Assembly: GCA_001662655.1 (NCBI GenBank) | Contig: KV460213.1 | Length of the DNA: 64,000 nt | Reading direction: 5' to 3' (one strand) | Origin: Pseudogymnoascus verrucosus | Lineage: Eukaryota | Shown here: one piece after another, positions 1-11,522 of the stretch | Layout: each line of letters begins with the position of its first letter | Numbering within the stretch: position 1 is the first letter of the stretch | Made by a program: the position numbers and the translations under genes | The notes under the pieces: generated by a model | What the model saw: only the letters and a program-made list of their open reading frames with translations | Databases searched by the model: none | What the model was told of the DNA's origin: nothing

Positions 1-843
1 TGAGTCGAATCTCTCCGGATCACCCATAGTTCGATCGAATTGATCGCTATATCTGATACTTCCAAAGCTTCCACGTGACAATCGACCACCAGCTTGCTCA
101 CTGACTGCCCTTCGTGGAAGCTCAACAGACCGCATCGTCATATTATCATCGTCGAGCAACGCATCGGAATGTGGCGGCAGTAAAAGGCTATCATCCTCGT
201 CGTCTCCAATGGCCATCGAAAGCCTTGGTCTCGTCGGCGCTGGCTCATCATCCACATCATTCAACCTCGTGAACGGCAACCTCGGCCCCTCAGCTTCTTG
301 CATTTCAGGTAACGCAGCGACTGGAATTGTGCCCGGAGCCAGCCTCTTACTCAGTTGCCTCAATAAATCACGGGGTGTCTCTCGCTTCTGAAGCCCACTT
401 CTCCTCCTATCCTTGCCCGGCGTGAGGGCGGCCGCTCGCCGCATCTCAATCTCCCGTGCAGCAGCGCGGCCATGGGGAGTAGCAGCCGTTGGTCGCCGCG
501 TAGAGCCAGGTCCGTACCCTCCAGGTGTTATGTTCTGCGCCCCCGGTGTGCGACGCGCCGTTCTATGGGTGGATGGAGGGCCGGCGCTTGAAGCACGACG
601 AATTGGAGTTGTTGGTCTTGGTATGATATTGGACAGCTGCCGCAGCGTAGTGTAGGGTGTTTCTTTTGGCTTTGCAGCTTCGGCATCTTCGGTGAGTGAG
701 TTTCGGGGCGTGATTCGTGGTTGTCGTACTTGTGAAGGTGATTGTTCGGGGGCAGCCAAGTTGAGCGAGTCGGTGGTTGAGGGCGGATGAATTGCAGATG
801 CGCCCACGCCGCTTTTGCGAGCGCTTTTCCTCCTTGCCGACAT
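1..843 (-). CDS. Kinetochore CENP-T-like protein, N-terminal part (runs off the window start)
   Basis: Manual translation from ATG at 843: MSARRKSARKSG...PTAATPHGRAAAREIEMRRAAALTPGKDRRRSGLQKRETPRDLLRQLSKRLAP. The TP-rich N-terminus and RETPRDxLRxLS motif resemble fungal CENP-T. The histone fold would lie outside the window. Confidence 0.55.
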   Translation of the reverse strand, partial: MSARRKSARKSGVGASAIHPPSTTDSLNLAAPEQSPSQVRQPRITPRNSLTEDAEAAKPKETPYTTLRQLSNIIPRPTTPIRRASSAGPPSTHRTARRTPGAQNITPGGYGPGSTRRPTAATPHGRAAAREIEMRRAAALTPGKDRRRSGLQKRETPRDLLRQLSKRLAPGTIPVAALPEMQEAEGPRLPFTRLNDVDDEPAPTRPRLSMAIGDDEDDSLLLPPHSDALLDDDNMTMRSVELPRRAVSEQAGGRLSRGSFGSIRYSDQFDRTMGDPERFDS

Positions 844-1159
844 TTTGGATGGCTATTCTGGAAGTCAATGCACAGAGGTCGATGTGATATTCGTTTTGCG
901 CGTCAGCGTCGGCATGATCGAATTGACGTCGCGTTTGTCAACAAGACCCTGGATAAGGCCATGCCGCGCTAAGATAAGATAAGATAATGTGCCAGAGCTA
1001 TTTTGAAGGCGGTGAGCCAATAAATTATTCTGCTATTTCCAACCTTGCGCCAAATATCGAACTTGTACAGTTTTCAATTAATTCTTCGTCGGAACGCATT
1101 TAAATCCAGTTGTCTATACTAGAGTTACCGGGTACTTGACCTCCCAACTTTCATAAAAG

Positions 1160-2046
1160 ATGTCGGACAACGAGTTGCAAGAACCTCTTCTCGAGGGACC
1201 AATCTCCAGCCCCGAGCCTGAAAATGCCAGCAGCCCGCAAAAAAAGCGTAAGAGAGACGCCGAGGTCGAGGCAAAGGACAAGAAGCAAGCAAAGAAGCCC
1301 AAGACCAAGAAGCAAAAGGAGCAATTTGAGGAAGACTATCTCGATATAGAGGCTGGCATCAACAAGAGGTTCGCGGAGATGGACAGCCAGTTGTTGGCCG
1401 ATTATGTGGACCAGAGAACTACGCAGTTTGAGTCTGATCTCAGCGCCATTGAGTTGGAGGATAGGCATATTTCTGGTACATACAGCATCTTGTCGTGTCT
1501 GGTTGGGATTTAAGGCTAACGTATTTAACAGCGACTTCCATAAGAGATACCACCTCGTGGAATAAACCCCGCACACTTGATAACCTACCTGGATTCCTCG
1601 AGAGCGTTTGCTCGAACCCAACGAGGCTATGGGGAGCATCGAAGAAGAATGGAGCACCACACACTATTATCGTCGCTGGCGCAGGTCAGCGCGCTGCTGA
1701 TCTTGCGAGGGTCGTCAGGAAGCTACAGTCCAAGGATGCCGAAGTAGCCAAGCTCTTCGCGAAGCACATCAAGCTCCAAGATGCGGTCAAGTTTCTGAAG
1801 AGCAAGCGGACGGGGATGGCGGTTGGGACGCCAAAGCGTTTGGAAGATCTGATGGATGACGGCGCGTTGCAGATCGACAGGCTGGAGAGGATTATTGTCG
1901 ATGCGTCGCATATCGATGTGAAGAAGAGGGGGTTGTTGGAGATGAAGGAGACGCAGGTGCCTCTTACTCATTGGTTGAACAGGGCGGAGTTTAAGGAGAG
2001 GTATACTACGACGGGAAAGGATAAGATAGATCTTATCTTTTACTAG
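1160..2046 (+). CDS. CMS1: Cms1-family 90S pre-ribosome factor (degenerate helicase-like)
   Basis: ORFs 1160-1513 and 1495-2046 are joined by intron 1476-1531 (GTACAT...GCTAAC...CAG). Motifs KLFAKHIKL, VGTPKRL and IIVDASHIDVKKR. Confidence 0.85.
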
Positions 2047-2228
2047 GAGGGTTCTCGGGCATCCATGGGCTTATAGCGATTTATATGTTGTCGAGCGTTT
2101 GATGTTGAGTTTACAAACTATGAGCTGAGAATAATGAAAACTCTGTGGTTCGCAGATCGCCGTATTGGCTTTTCCCACGTCATGTCTAGGTGTTGTCTGT
2201 AGTTAAAATATTGCCAATTTATATTTGA

Positions 2229-2417
2229 TGGTCGCTCTTTCCTTCGGAAGCTGGTCGTCCCTTCCCTTATAAATGTAAGCCCCTAGGAAGGAAGGAACGT
2301 TCCTTCCCTCTGGAGTCGGTCGCTCTTTCTCTATTTAATGAATCGTTCTTTCCCTCTAGAGCTGGTTGCTCTTTCCCTATTTAAATATTTTAAGGGTCGT
2401 TCCTTCTCTATTTAAAT
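2229..2417. repeat. Degenerate tandem repeat (~45-bp unit CGTTCYTTCCCTCTRGAGYYGGTYGCTCTTTCYCTATTTAA) with an 18-bp palindrome
   Basis: Near-copies start around 2298 and 2345, with partial copies near 2229 and 2395. Perfect palindrome GGAAGGAACGTTCCTTCC at 2290-2307. AT-rich flank. Confidence 0.65.
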
Positions 2418-2788
2418 GATTGTAATATATTTGATAATAATATAAAGCACGAATATATGTATGGCGAGTTTAATAACACATAAATTAAACAAAAACCCAA
2501 GATATTAGCATCAAAATAAATATAAGCAATAGATACACCAAATTCACATTTATCCCTATGAAATTAATAAATTATGTGCTCTATATCTTCATTTATGTTC
2601 CCCCCACGTTCGTAGTCCATCCCAATCCCCACGTCTCAGGAACCCCGGATCATCAATCCCCCGCTTATCCAAAAACTTCATCCCTCCCGATAAGCACCCC
2701 CAAAAAAAGTGTCTGTGTCTGCGCAGGAACCTCACTTCCCCAAACCCCCTCCCCAATTCCCCCCGCCACTCAATCAACACAAACAGCA

Positions 2789-3880
2789 ATGGCGCCCATA
2801 AAAAAATCCGCCGGCCCCCGCTCCGAGCGCAAAGCCGCAAAGCGCAAAGCCCAAGACGCCATCCCCGATGTGCCAGAGGACTACAACAACGAGGGCGCCG
2901 AGGAAGTAGCAGCGCCCAAGAAGCGTAAGCGTGATGATGACGAGGAAGGCGGTGAGGACACCGAGGAGAGTGGTATCAAGAAGGTGAGGAAGGAGAAGAA
3001 GGAGAAGAAGGAGAAGGAGGAGGGGAAGAAGGAGAAGAAAGAGAAGAAGCCCAAGAAGGATGCCGAGGGAGGGGATGAGGATACGATGATGGAAGACGCC
3101 GCACCGAAGGAACCAAAGGAGCCAAAGGAAGATGTCCCAAAGAAGAGCAAAAAAGAGCGTAAAGCCGAGCGCAAAGCCCAACAAGCCGCCGAAGCAATCG
3201 CCAACGCGAAAGCCAACCGCGCTGCCGAAGAAGCAGCCGCAGCCTCCAAACCCACCGTCGCCTCTGACGGAACCGAGGCCAGCAAGCCCGCCGCAGCTGC
3301 AGCAGCTGGAGGAAAAACTCCCAAAGCCGAGAAAGCGCCTAAGCTCGATAAGGACGGGAATCCGATTAAGAAGAAGAATAACCGTAATCGCGAGAAGAAA
3401 CGGCTTGCGGCTGCGACGGCTATAGCGGCTGGTGAGAAGGCGCCAGCTAGGTTTATTGTGTTTGTTGGCAACCTCCCCTTCACCGCCACGGTGGAATCCA
3501 TAACTGCGCATTTCGCTGCCGTGCATCCCATCTCCGTGCGCAACCTCACCCAAAAAGACGACCCCACCAAGTCAAAGGGCTGCGCATTCGTCGAATTCGA
3601 GGGGTACGATCACATGAAGACGTGCCTAAAGACTTATCACCACAGCGAGTTTGACGATGGGAAGGGAGGAGGGGGAAGGAAGATTAATGTTGAGCTCACC
3701 GCGGGGGGTGGGGGTAATACGAAGGTCAGGAAGGGGAAGATTGCAGAGAAGAATGAGAAGTTGATGGAGCAGAGGACGAGGAGGATTGGGGAGGAGGAGA
3801 AGCAGAAGTTGGTTAAGAGGGGGGTGCCGGAGGAGGATCAGAGTGGGATTCATCCGAGTCGGAGGGCGAGGGTTGCGTAA
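2789..3880 (+). CDS. NOP6: Nucleolar RRM protein, Nop6-like
   Basis: K/E-rich N-terminus, RRM (RFIVFVGNLPF...KGCAFVEF), RKINVELTAGGGG and C-terminal GIHPSR. Probable start MAPIKK at 2789. Confidence 0.8.
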   Translation: MAPIKKSAGPRSERKAAKRKAQDAIPDVPEDYNNEGAEEVAAPKKRKRDDDEEGGEDTEESGIKKVRKEKKEKKEKEEGKKEKKEKKPKKDAEGGDEDTMMEDAAPKEPKEPKEDVPKKSKKERKAERKAQQAAEAIANAKANRAAEEAAAASKPTVASDGTEASKPAAAAAAGGKTPKAEKAPKLDKDGNPIKKKNNRNREKKRLAAATAIAAGEKAPARFIVFVGNLPFTATVESITAHFAAVHPISVRNLTQKDDPTKSKGCAFVEFEGYDHMKTCLKTYHHSEFDDGKGGGGRKINVELTAGGGGNTKVRKGKIAEKNEKLMEQRTRRIGEEEKQKLVKRGVPEEDQSGIHPSRRARVA

Positions 3881-4671
3881 ATCGGGGAAGGGGGTGTATG
3901 AATTGCGTCGTAGTAGTTTTGAGTTTGATTGTGGGAATGGTAATTTCACAGCGTTAACAAGCGGAGACTCCGTATTTGCAGAATTATTCATCGTGGTGTC
4001 AAAATGTGAAAAACCGTGCATGTCAGATCTTAATAACTCCTCTTTGCATTCATTCATCAGTAAAATCCCCAGCTATCTACGCAAACTAGGGTGATATCGG
4101 CCTAGTAATCATGTCCCATGCAATTATCACTTCCCCCCGCGTCGTCCCAACGTCCACTCTAGCGATTCGCAAAAGCACATCCATCCCCATTCTTTCCCGA
4201 TGAAAAAAACTGACCGCATATGTCGCCCAGTGAGAAAATCTACCACAGACTGCGACACAGCCCCTGCTGAACTCGCGACTGCAACTGCATGCGATGCGAC
4301 GATGACATGCAACGAGTCCTCATGAAAACGCGTTAAACAACTTCGCATCAAACTGGATATCCGCGCCCCTTCTCCCCCACAACACCCCTTTTCTCTTTGT
4401 TCGCAGTATCGACAAAAGAGATAAATTCCAGGCAAGACGAATTAGCAAAAAATAAAACCCCGGTATCTGCACCGATTTTTTTGCCGCATGAAAAGGCACA
4501 GTATGCTGGAGAGGAAATATAAGAGAAGAGGCTCAGGCTCGACAAATCTGTTCCATGTGGAATCCTGGGGAGATCCAGGGGGAATCTTGATGAGCCGGCG
4601 ACGAGTAGAGTGAGAAGAGGTGAGTAGACAAGTGTAGATGTTTTCTTTTTAAGGTTCTGGTATTAAGCCTT

Positions 4672-5589
4672 TCACAGGATCAAGCACTTCCTCGACTTCT
4701 TGCCTCGCTCCTGAGGACGTGGGCTCAGCACCGCACTTGTTTAAGTTAGCAACCCAATCCATCTGTCTATCTGATCCCCGGGGTGGGACAAAGCAAAAAC
4801 ATACCGAATAGCCTCATCGAAGACACTCTTCAAGTTCCTCTGGGTCAGAGCCGAGCACTCCAGGTACTTGTGCGCGCGGATATCCTTCGCGACCACGAGG
4901 GCCTGGTCATATGACACGGGCTCCATGCGCTTCTGTCTGAGGCTGTCTAGAGTGGCGGGGTCCTCGCGCAGATCCAGCTTGGTGCCTACGAGGATGATTG
5001 GCACGTTGGGGGCGTGGTGCTCGATCTCAGGGAACCACTGGGGAGGGAGTGTTAGCGGGGGATTCTAGGTAAGTAGAGTGATGTGGGGGGGAGGGCGCGT
5101 ACCTTGGCCTTCACGTTGTCGAAAGAAGGAGGGCTGACGATGGAGAAGCAGATCAAGAAGACGTCGGTCTGGGGGTATGAGAGCGGTCTCAGTCTGTCGT
5201 AATCCTCCTGTCCGGCGGTATCCCAGAGGCCCAGGGAGATCGGCTTGCCATCGACCATAACACTCGCGGAGTAGTTATCAAAGCTGGGAATATGTCAGCA
5301 GCTGCAATTCGCAGAGATCGGAGTGGTGAACGTACACTGTTGGGATGTACTCTCCGGGGAAAGCATTTGTGGTGTAGGAAATCAGGAGACAAGTCTGCGG
5401 CCATGTTAGTATACAAGAAGCCAAAGTTAAGATCGGGAGGAAATACCTTGCCGACTGCACCATCACCGGTGACAACGCACTGCGGGGAATATGTCAGCTA
5501 TGTTCATGCCACCAGCAATCTTCTTGCCGTGGTTATGGGGTAGGGAGGGCTTCTCGAACCTTGAGGGATTGAGTTCCGGGTGCCGCCAT
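4672..5589 (-). CDS. RAC1: Rho-family small GTPase Rac1 (multi-exon)
   Basis: Spliced product [45 protein letters not shown]...[22 protein letters not shown]...[20 protein letters not shown] is Rac-type; ends in a CAAX box. Confidence 0.95.
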
Positions 5590-8353
5590 TTCTGATTATG
5601 ATTATGGTTGTTCGGGGAGAGTTCTGGCGAGAATGGAAGCAGGATGTTCTGCTGGTTAAAGGCGTGAAGCTAAAACTTGTGGAAGCGTCAGAGGTCTGCG
5701 GACAATGTTCGTTCCGATGCTCGTTTGGAACGTGGGAATGTCTGAGCGTACCTTGACGTGGGTTCTCTGGTGGTATTTTGACACGTCTTGTAGCCGTTTC
5801 AGGTTCTACTTTGTTACTGTGTGTGGGAGAGATCTGAGTGTATCTCCTGCTCTCAGAATATGGAAGTTAGGTAGGTTGTGTGTGTGAAGCTGGCGGAAAC
5901 AACAAAGCGTCTGGAACTGGGCGTTCTAGATGCAGTTGTTGTTGTTGGAGATCTGCAACAGGAGTTGAGAGTTGTGGTTTATGATGGATCCGAGGGGTTG
6001 GCGGGAGTCTGGAGTTAAGGTTGTCGTACTCGGCCGAGGGAGGAAGATGTAGCCTCGTCTTTGTATGGGGGACCTTTTATTCGGAAGGCTATTTCGAGTG
6101 GTTGGAGACCTCGAATTGAGTACAGTTAACGCAGACGTGTGATTTGTCGAGGTCGGCGGTTGGGACTTTCTGGCGACGAGGTGTCTTGGTTGATGAAGAT
6201 TGATTGGAGACGGCGAGATTCTCCCGAGGGCGGCCGGGACGATCTGATTTGCGGGATGGGATTCGAAGGAGCTTATGGTTTGCCGCTGATGCGATCTGGA
6301 TCAAGGGTTGGTTGGTTGTGGGGGTATGTTCTGGTAAGTTGTCGATGTTGCCCACACTGCTGGTGGTTGGAGGAGTGTTATTGTACGTTTCTATCTGGCT
6401 GGCTATCTGGGCGGTTCTCGGTGTGAGTTGAGTGGACTTGACCTTGCTTGACTTGTGGGAGTGTGCGTGTGGCTGGCATGAGGTCCCTCAAAGAGTCCCA
6501 CAACAAACCCCAAGGACGAAATGGGGCCCCTGTCTCGATTATGCTGATTGGCAAATAGGGCGACGGAGAGGGGTTTGAGCTGTGGGCACTATGAACGCTA
6601 TGAACGCTAGAGCACAGCACTATTCCGTATGAACGGACGCAGCGTCGTGCCAATGGAGGGATATTCGTCTGTGCACGGCAAAAAGGTCCCCTGGATTATC
6701 CTAAATGGAAGCTCATAAGGGTAGTGGTGGGATACGGGGGGGTGACGGTGAGTGATGGGCAGCTGGCTGAGGTATATTGAGATCAAGAGGAGTATAATAG
6801 ATCTGCAATGGTTTAATAGGTATGTATGTACGTTTATCTTGCAGCTATATCCGCATTCACGCAAGCTATCCTAATGTCGAACCAGCTTCCCCTTTTTCTC
6901 TCTCTCCCGGCGGTGTGCTGCTCAAAAGACGTTATTGCTGAACCTCAACATGCATACTCTGGTACTCTAGTATACGGCACACATCCCACACATACAATAC
7001 GGACCGCAGTATTCGTGCTATGCATGGTGTACCCGTTCTCCGTATAATAGAGTACACCAGAGCACAGAAGACACAGTACTACGCTATACCGACGGCGTAT
7101 TTTCTGGTGGACAGCTAGCAGTTCGTCACAAGAAACCAGGGGCCAAGCCGGGATGTGGGATGTGGAACGGGTCGGAGATAATAAAATGATGATGGGATGG
7201 GAAGGGAAGGGAAGACCCCGTTTCCCCTTATCCCGTGCTCTTGGTGCTGTTCCCGGTGTTGTTCCCGACTCCTTATCACTTGACACAGCATCATTGACGT
7301 ACAGTACAGCATCGCAGGTATTTACTCGAATAGGTGGGTTATGTGAGATGCAGCGCACATCACTGTTTGCAGCTTGAAATTAGCACAAGAGACTGTGCGG
7401 CAGCTCCCACTTCGTCCCATCTTTATGGTTACTGGCGTGCGTAGTTGGTTAGAAGTATATATATATGCACGGTATAACGATATATATAGATGAGATTATA
7501 ATATGTACAGCACAGCACAGAACATACGTATATACAGTAGCTGTAGCTTTTTGTGGGGGGCCAAATATACGGCGGATGGATACTGTTGTAATAATGTGGA
7601 CAACGCTGGCTGGGCTGGAATGCACGTATCTTTATATAGATGGGATGAAATATAACACATCGCACGCATTGTAGACAGCGACAACTATGATGCAAGGAAG
7701 CTTCTTCTGACCTGTATCGCAAACAATGAGACCAATAGATGTAATATATCACCAGAATGCAAATTCATCCTGAACCTGTATACACTCCTCCCTTTTTTTC
7801 TTTTTCTTTTTTGACTCCATTCCAATGATCCTTCGCTCGTCATAACCTGCTAGCTAGTACTCTCGGCCATGCTAAATTCAGGGTCAGCCCATACCAACCT
7901 AAAGAATGTTCCCCCCATGTCTGCGCCACACTTCCATGTGGTACTTACGCACCACCTCAACGCTCAACCCACAGCTTCCTTCGCTGTCAGAGTGAGCCCT
8001 TCAATTTACTTCCATTCCTTCAGCTCCTCGTCACCAATTCCAAACCTCTGAGCATTCCTCACACGGCGTGCCGCATCCCTACCTCCACCTCGCCGACCAA
8101 GGCCACTCGTTGACTCGCTGGAGGACCAAGGCGCATAACATAAACCGCGATCACGTCCTGCGTAATATCCCGACGTGTACCGCGTTACAAGATCTTGATA
8201 CATTTTCGGGATCAGCCTGATCCCCTCCGATTCAAAACCTCTCAAAAGAACCAAACCCTCAGTTGCATGGGAATCCGAAAAAAACAAACAAAACAGACTC
8301 CCTAAAATCACTTGAGCTTCTTCGCGCTCAACCTCAGCAGCCCATTGCCCACC

Positions 8354-10908
8354 ATGGAGAACCCACCACCCAGAGACACCGACCAGCAGTTCTCAGAGAC
8401 CCAGACCACGACTTCCCAGCGCCCTGAAAGCAGTGGGAGGATGTCCTCGAGCACTGGCGCACCTGCCGAGCTTGCGGCGGCGCCCAGCGGCAACGCGCCG
8501 GCTTCTGCGGCACCAGCACCAGCTGGCGGACTATACACGGAGCAAGTGCAAAACGTGGTCAATTCAGAGGTGAGTAACCCGCGCGCATGGTATGGGAACA
8601 CCCCCCCAACTGACTTGCATTGATAGATTGGAGTCCAAGTTCTGTTGAACAGGCTCAAGCAGAGCGTTGCTTCAGCAAAGGTAAAGTTGCGCCGAGTCCG
8701 ACAAACCAGTTCAATGAAGCTAACTCGCTCTCTCTATAGGAATTCGCCCTGTTCCTGCAAAAGAGGTCTAAGCTGGAAGAAGACCATTCGGTTGGGCTGC
8801 GCAAGATATCCAAGATTACACACGACAACCTCCGACGACCAGAGCACCGTCAAAACTCCTTCATCGCCTCTTACGATGAGGTAACCCGGATACAAGACCG
8901 CATGGCAGAAAACGGAGCGCAGTTTGCGGCCTCACTTCACCAGATGCACGAGGATATGCTTGAGATGGCAGCAAACATTGAACGGGGCCGAAAACATTGG
9001 AAGACCACGGGCCTATCAGCAGAGCAGCGCCTGGTTGACGCCGAGACGGCTATGCGGAAGGCGAAGGCTAAATATGATACCCTGGCAGAAGATTATGATC
9101 GTGCGCGAACTGGAGATCGCGCATCGACCAAGAAGTTTGGACTGAAGGGACCCAAATCTGCTGCCCAGCACGAGGAGGACCTGCTTCGCAAAACCCAAGC
9201 TGCTGACACGGAATATGCTTCTAAGGTCCAGACTGCTCAGTCCGTCCGCCACGAGCATCTGACTAAGGGGAGACCGGAGGCCGTGAAGGGCCTTCAGGAT
9301 CTGATTAATGAGTGCGACTCCGCGTTAGTATTGCAGATGCAGAAATTTGGTAAGCTCTATAGGAATTTGGTTGCATGAGGATATACTGACATCAAGCAGC
9401 CGCATTCAACGAGAAGCTACTCCTCCACAACGGCATGAGCGTTAGTCCCCTGAAAGACCAAGCGGGCGAGGGTGGGAAGACAACACGCAGTTTGCGCGAG
9501 GCTATCCTGGATATTAACAATGAAGGCGACTTGAACTATTTCATCGCAAGTCACTCGTCTCAAGTCCCTCCTCGACCAGCTGAGATCAAGTACGAGCGTC
9601 ATCCCGTGAGTACCCCCGCAAATCCACACCATCAACAACCATACTGATATTCGCAACACAGGTCATGGCACCATCTGCTCCCCCAGCCGCAGCAGCAGCA
9701 CGCAGACAATCCGAAATCCCCCAAGGTTTCAACAGCTTCGCCTCCCGTCAAGGCACCACTGGCCCCGCCGCCGCCAGCACTCCGACCCAGCAATCCCCAA
9801 TGGGCGCAGGAGGCCCCGGCTTCAACCAAGGTGGCCCACCACCACCCGCCGCCCAGCAGCAGCAACAGCAGCAGCCGCAGCAATACCAACAACACGAGCG
9901 CAGCTTCAGCCAAGGGCGTCCGCAGTCCCGCGATAACGGACCCCCCGGTCGCATGGGCAACGGAGGACCCGCCCCCGCACCAGCCTACAGCTCCGCCGGC
10001 GGACCACCCCAGCTGCAGACCCTCCCCTTCCAGACACCAGCTCCGCAAACGCATCCACTCCAGCAAAACACGCCGACGCACCAGCAAGGGCCACCTCAGC
10101 ACTTGCAACAGCACCAGCAACAACAGTACGGGGCGCCACAACAGCAACAGCGCGGACCAGCAGCGATGGACCCAAGTAATCTCCCCCCGCTGAAACCGGT
10201 GTTCGGGATGAACCTGGAGCAGCTGTTCCAGCGCGACGGGTCGCCAATCCCGATGGTGGTGTATCAGTGTATACAGGCTGTTGATCTGTTTGGGCTGGAG
10301 GTGGAGGGGATTTATCGGGTTTCGGGGACGGCGGCGCATATTAATAAGATTAAGGCGATTTTTAACAATGGTGAGTTCCTCTTTCCCCTTTTTCCCTTTC
10401 CTGCTTTCCCACCGTCTTTCCTCCCACCCAAAACAACCGAAATAAGACAGAAGAAGACAGCAGAGGCTAACACCCCCCAGACTCATCCAAAGTCGACTTC
10501 CGCAACCCCGAAGCCTTCTTCCACGACGTCAACTCCGTCGCCGGCCTCCTAAAACAATTCTTCCGCGACCTCCCCGACCCCCTCCTCACCACCGCCCAAT
10601 ACGCCTCCTTCATCTCCGCCGCCCGCCTCGACGACGACATCGTCCGCCGCGACTCTCTCCACGCCATCATCAACGCCCTTCCCGACCCCAACTACGCTAC
10701 TCTCCGAGCAGTGACGCTGCATCTTCATAGAGTTACGGAGGCGGCTAGTGTGAATAGGATGACGAGTAGTAATTTGGCGATTGTGTGGGGGCCGACGCTG
10801 ATGGGGATGGGTGGGGTGGGGGGAGGGGCGATACAGGATGCGGGGTGGCAGGTTAGGGTTGTGCAGACGATTTTGGAGAATTGTTATCAGATTTTTGATG
10901 ATGATTGA
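8354..10908 (+). CDS. RGD1: F-BAR + RhoGAP protein, Rgd1-like (multi-exon)
   Basis: N-terminal F-BAR (VLLNRLKQSVASAKEFALFLQKR...ERGRKHWK), Q/P-rich linker, RhoGAP (PVFGMNL...GLEVEGIYRVSG...LLKQFFRDLPDPL...NRMTSSNLAIVWGPTL). An alternative start is possible at 8441. Confidence 0.88.
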
Positions 10909-11522
10909 GTGAGCGGCAGCGCAGTAGGCGAGGTGCGGGGGGTGAGGAATGAAGGGGTGGAGGGGAGATGGGGAGAAGAGGGGTGAGGGCGGAAAGAAGG
11001 GAAGAAAAAGGGTTGGGATGATGGGATGATAATTTGAAGTGGTGGTTTTTATGGTGGTTGGTTGTTACAAAGAGTGATGCTTGTGTTATTGACCTGGAGT
11101 CGGTTTCTGTACGATAGGACGAACTTGTATGTCTAGTACGATTGATTTGTCTATCGACTATATTTCCCATGATCTTTATTTACCACCACATTCTGCCTTA
11201 CCTGCCGGCACCTAGCTATCGTGTCAAAGCAAAAATTTCACTGTTGCTATCCCGTACTACTTCCAAAAAGTCCTGTTGTTTAAACTTGGCTCTACTGGCC
11301 ACATGTGTTATGTGTCATTACTACATCCTCATTCTATCGTATCGTACGTATCATATCCATCATCACCGTCGCTATGCAAATCCCGCAACAATCCCATCAC
11401 ATCCGTACATACACCACCGCCAACAACAATAACACAATATAATAAAAAAACACACACCTCCCCCACACTCCTACTTCACCACAGCTACTCAAACACACCA
11501 GTGTTCCCTCTCCCTCCCCACC

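Noticed and set aside
2558..2788. 77-aa N-terminal extension of the NOP6-like ORF
   Set aside because: Begins in an AT-rich island and reads like promoter/UTR sequence; ATG 2789 is a better start.
2774..3570. Long minus-strand ORFs (259 and 229 aa)
   Set aside because: Antisense shadows of the K/E-rich NOP6-like CDS.
5590..8353. Many short ORFs in the RAC1-RGD1 spacer
   Set aside because: No codon bias, domains or coherent exon structure; consistent with promoter/UTR DNA.
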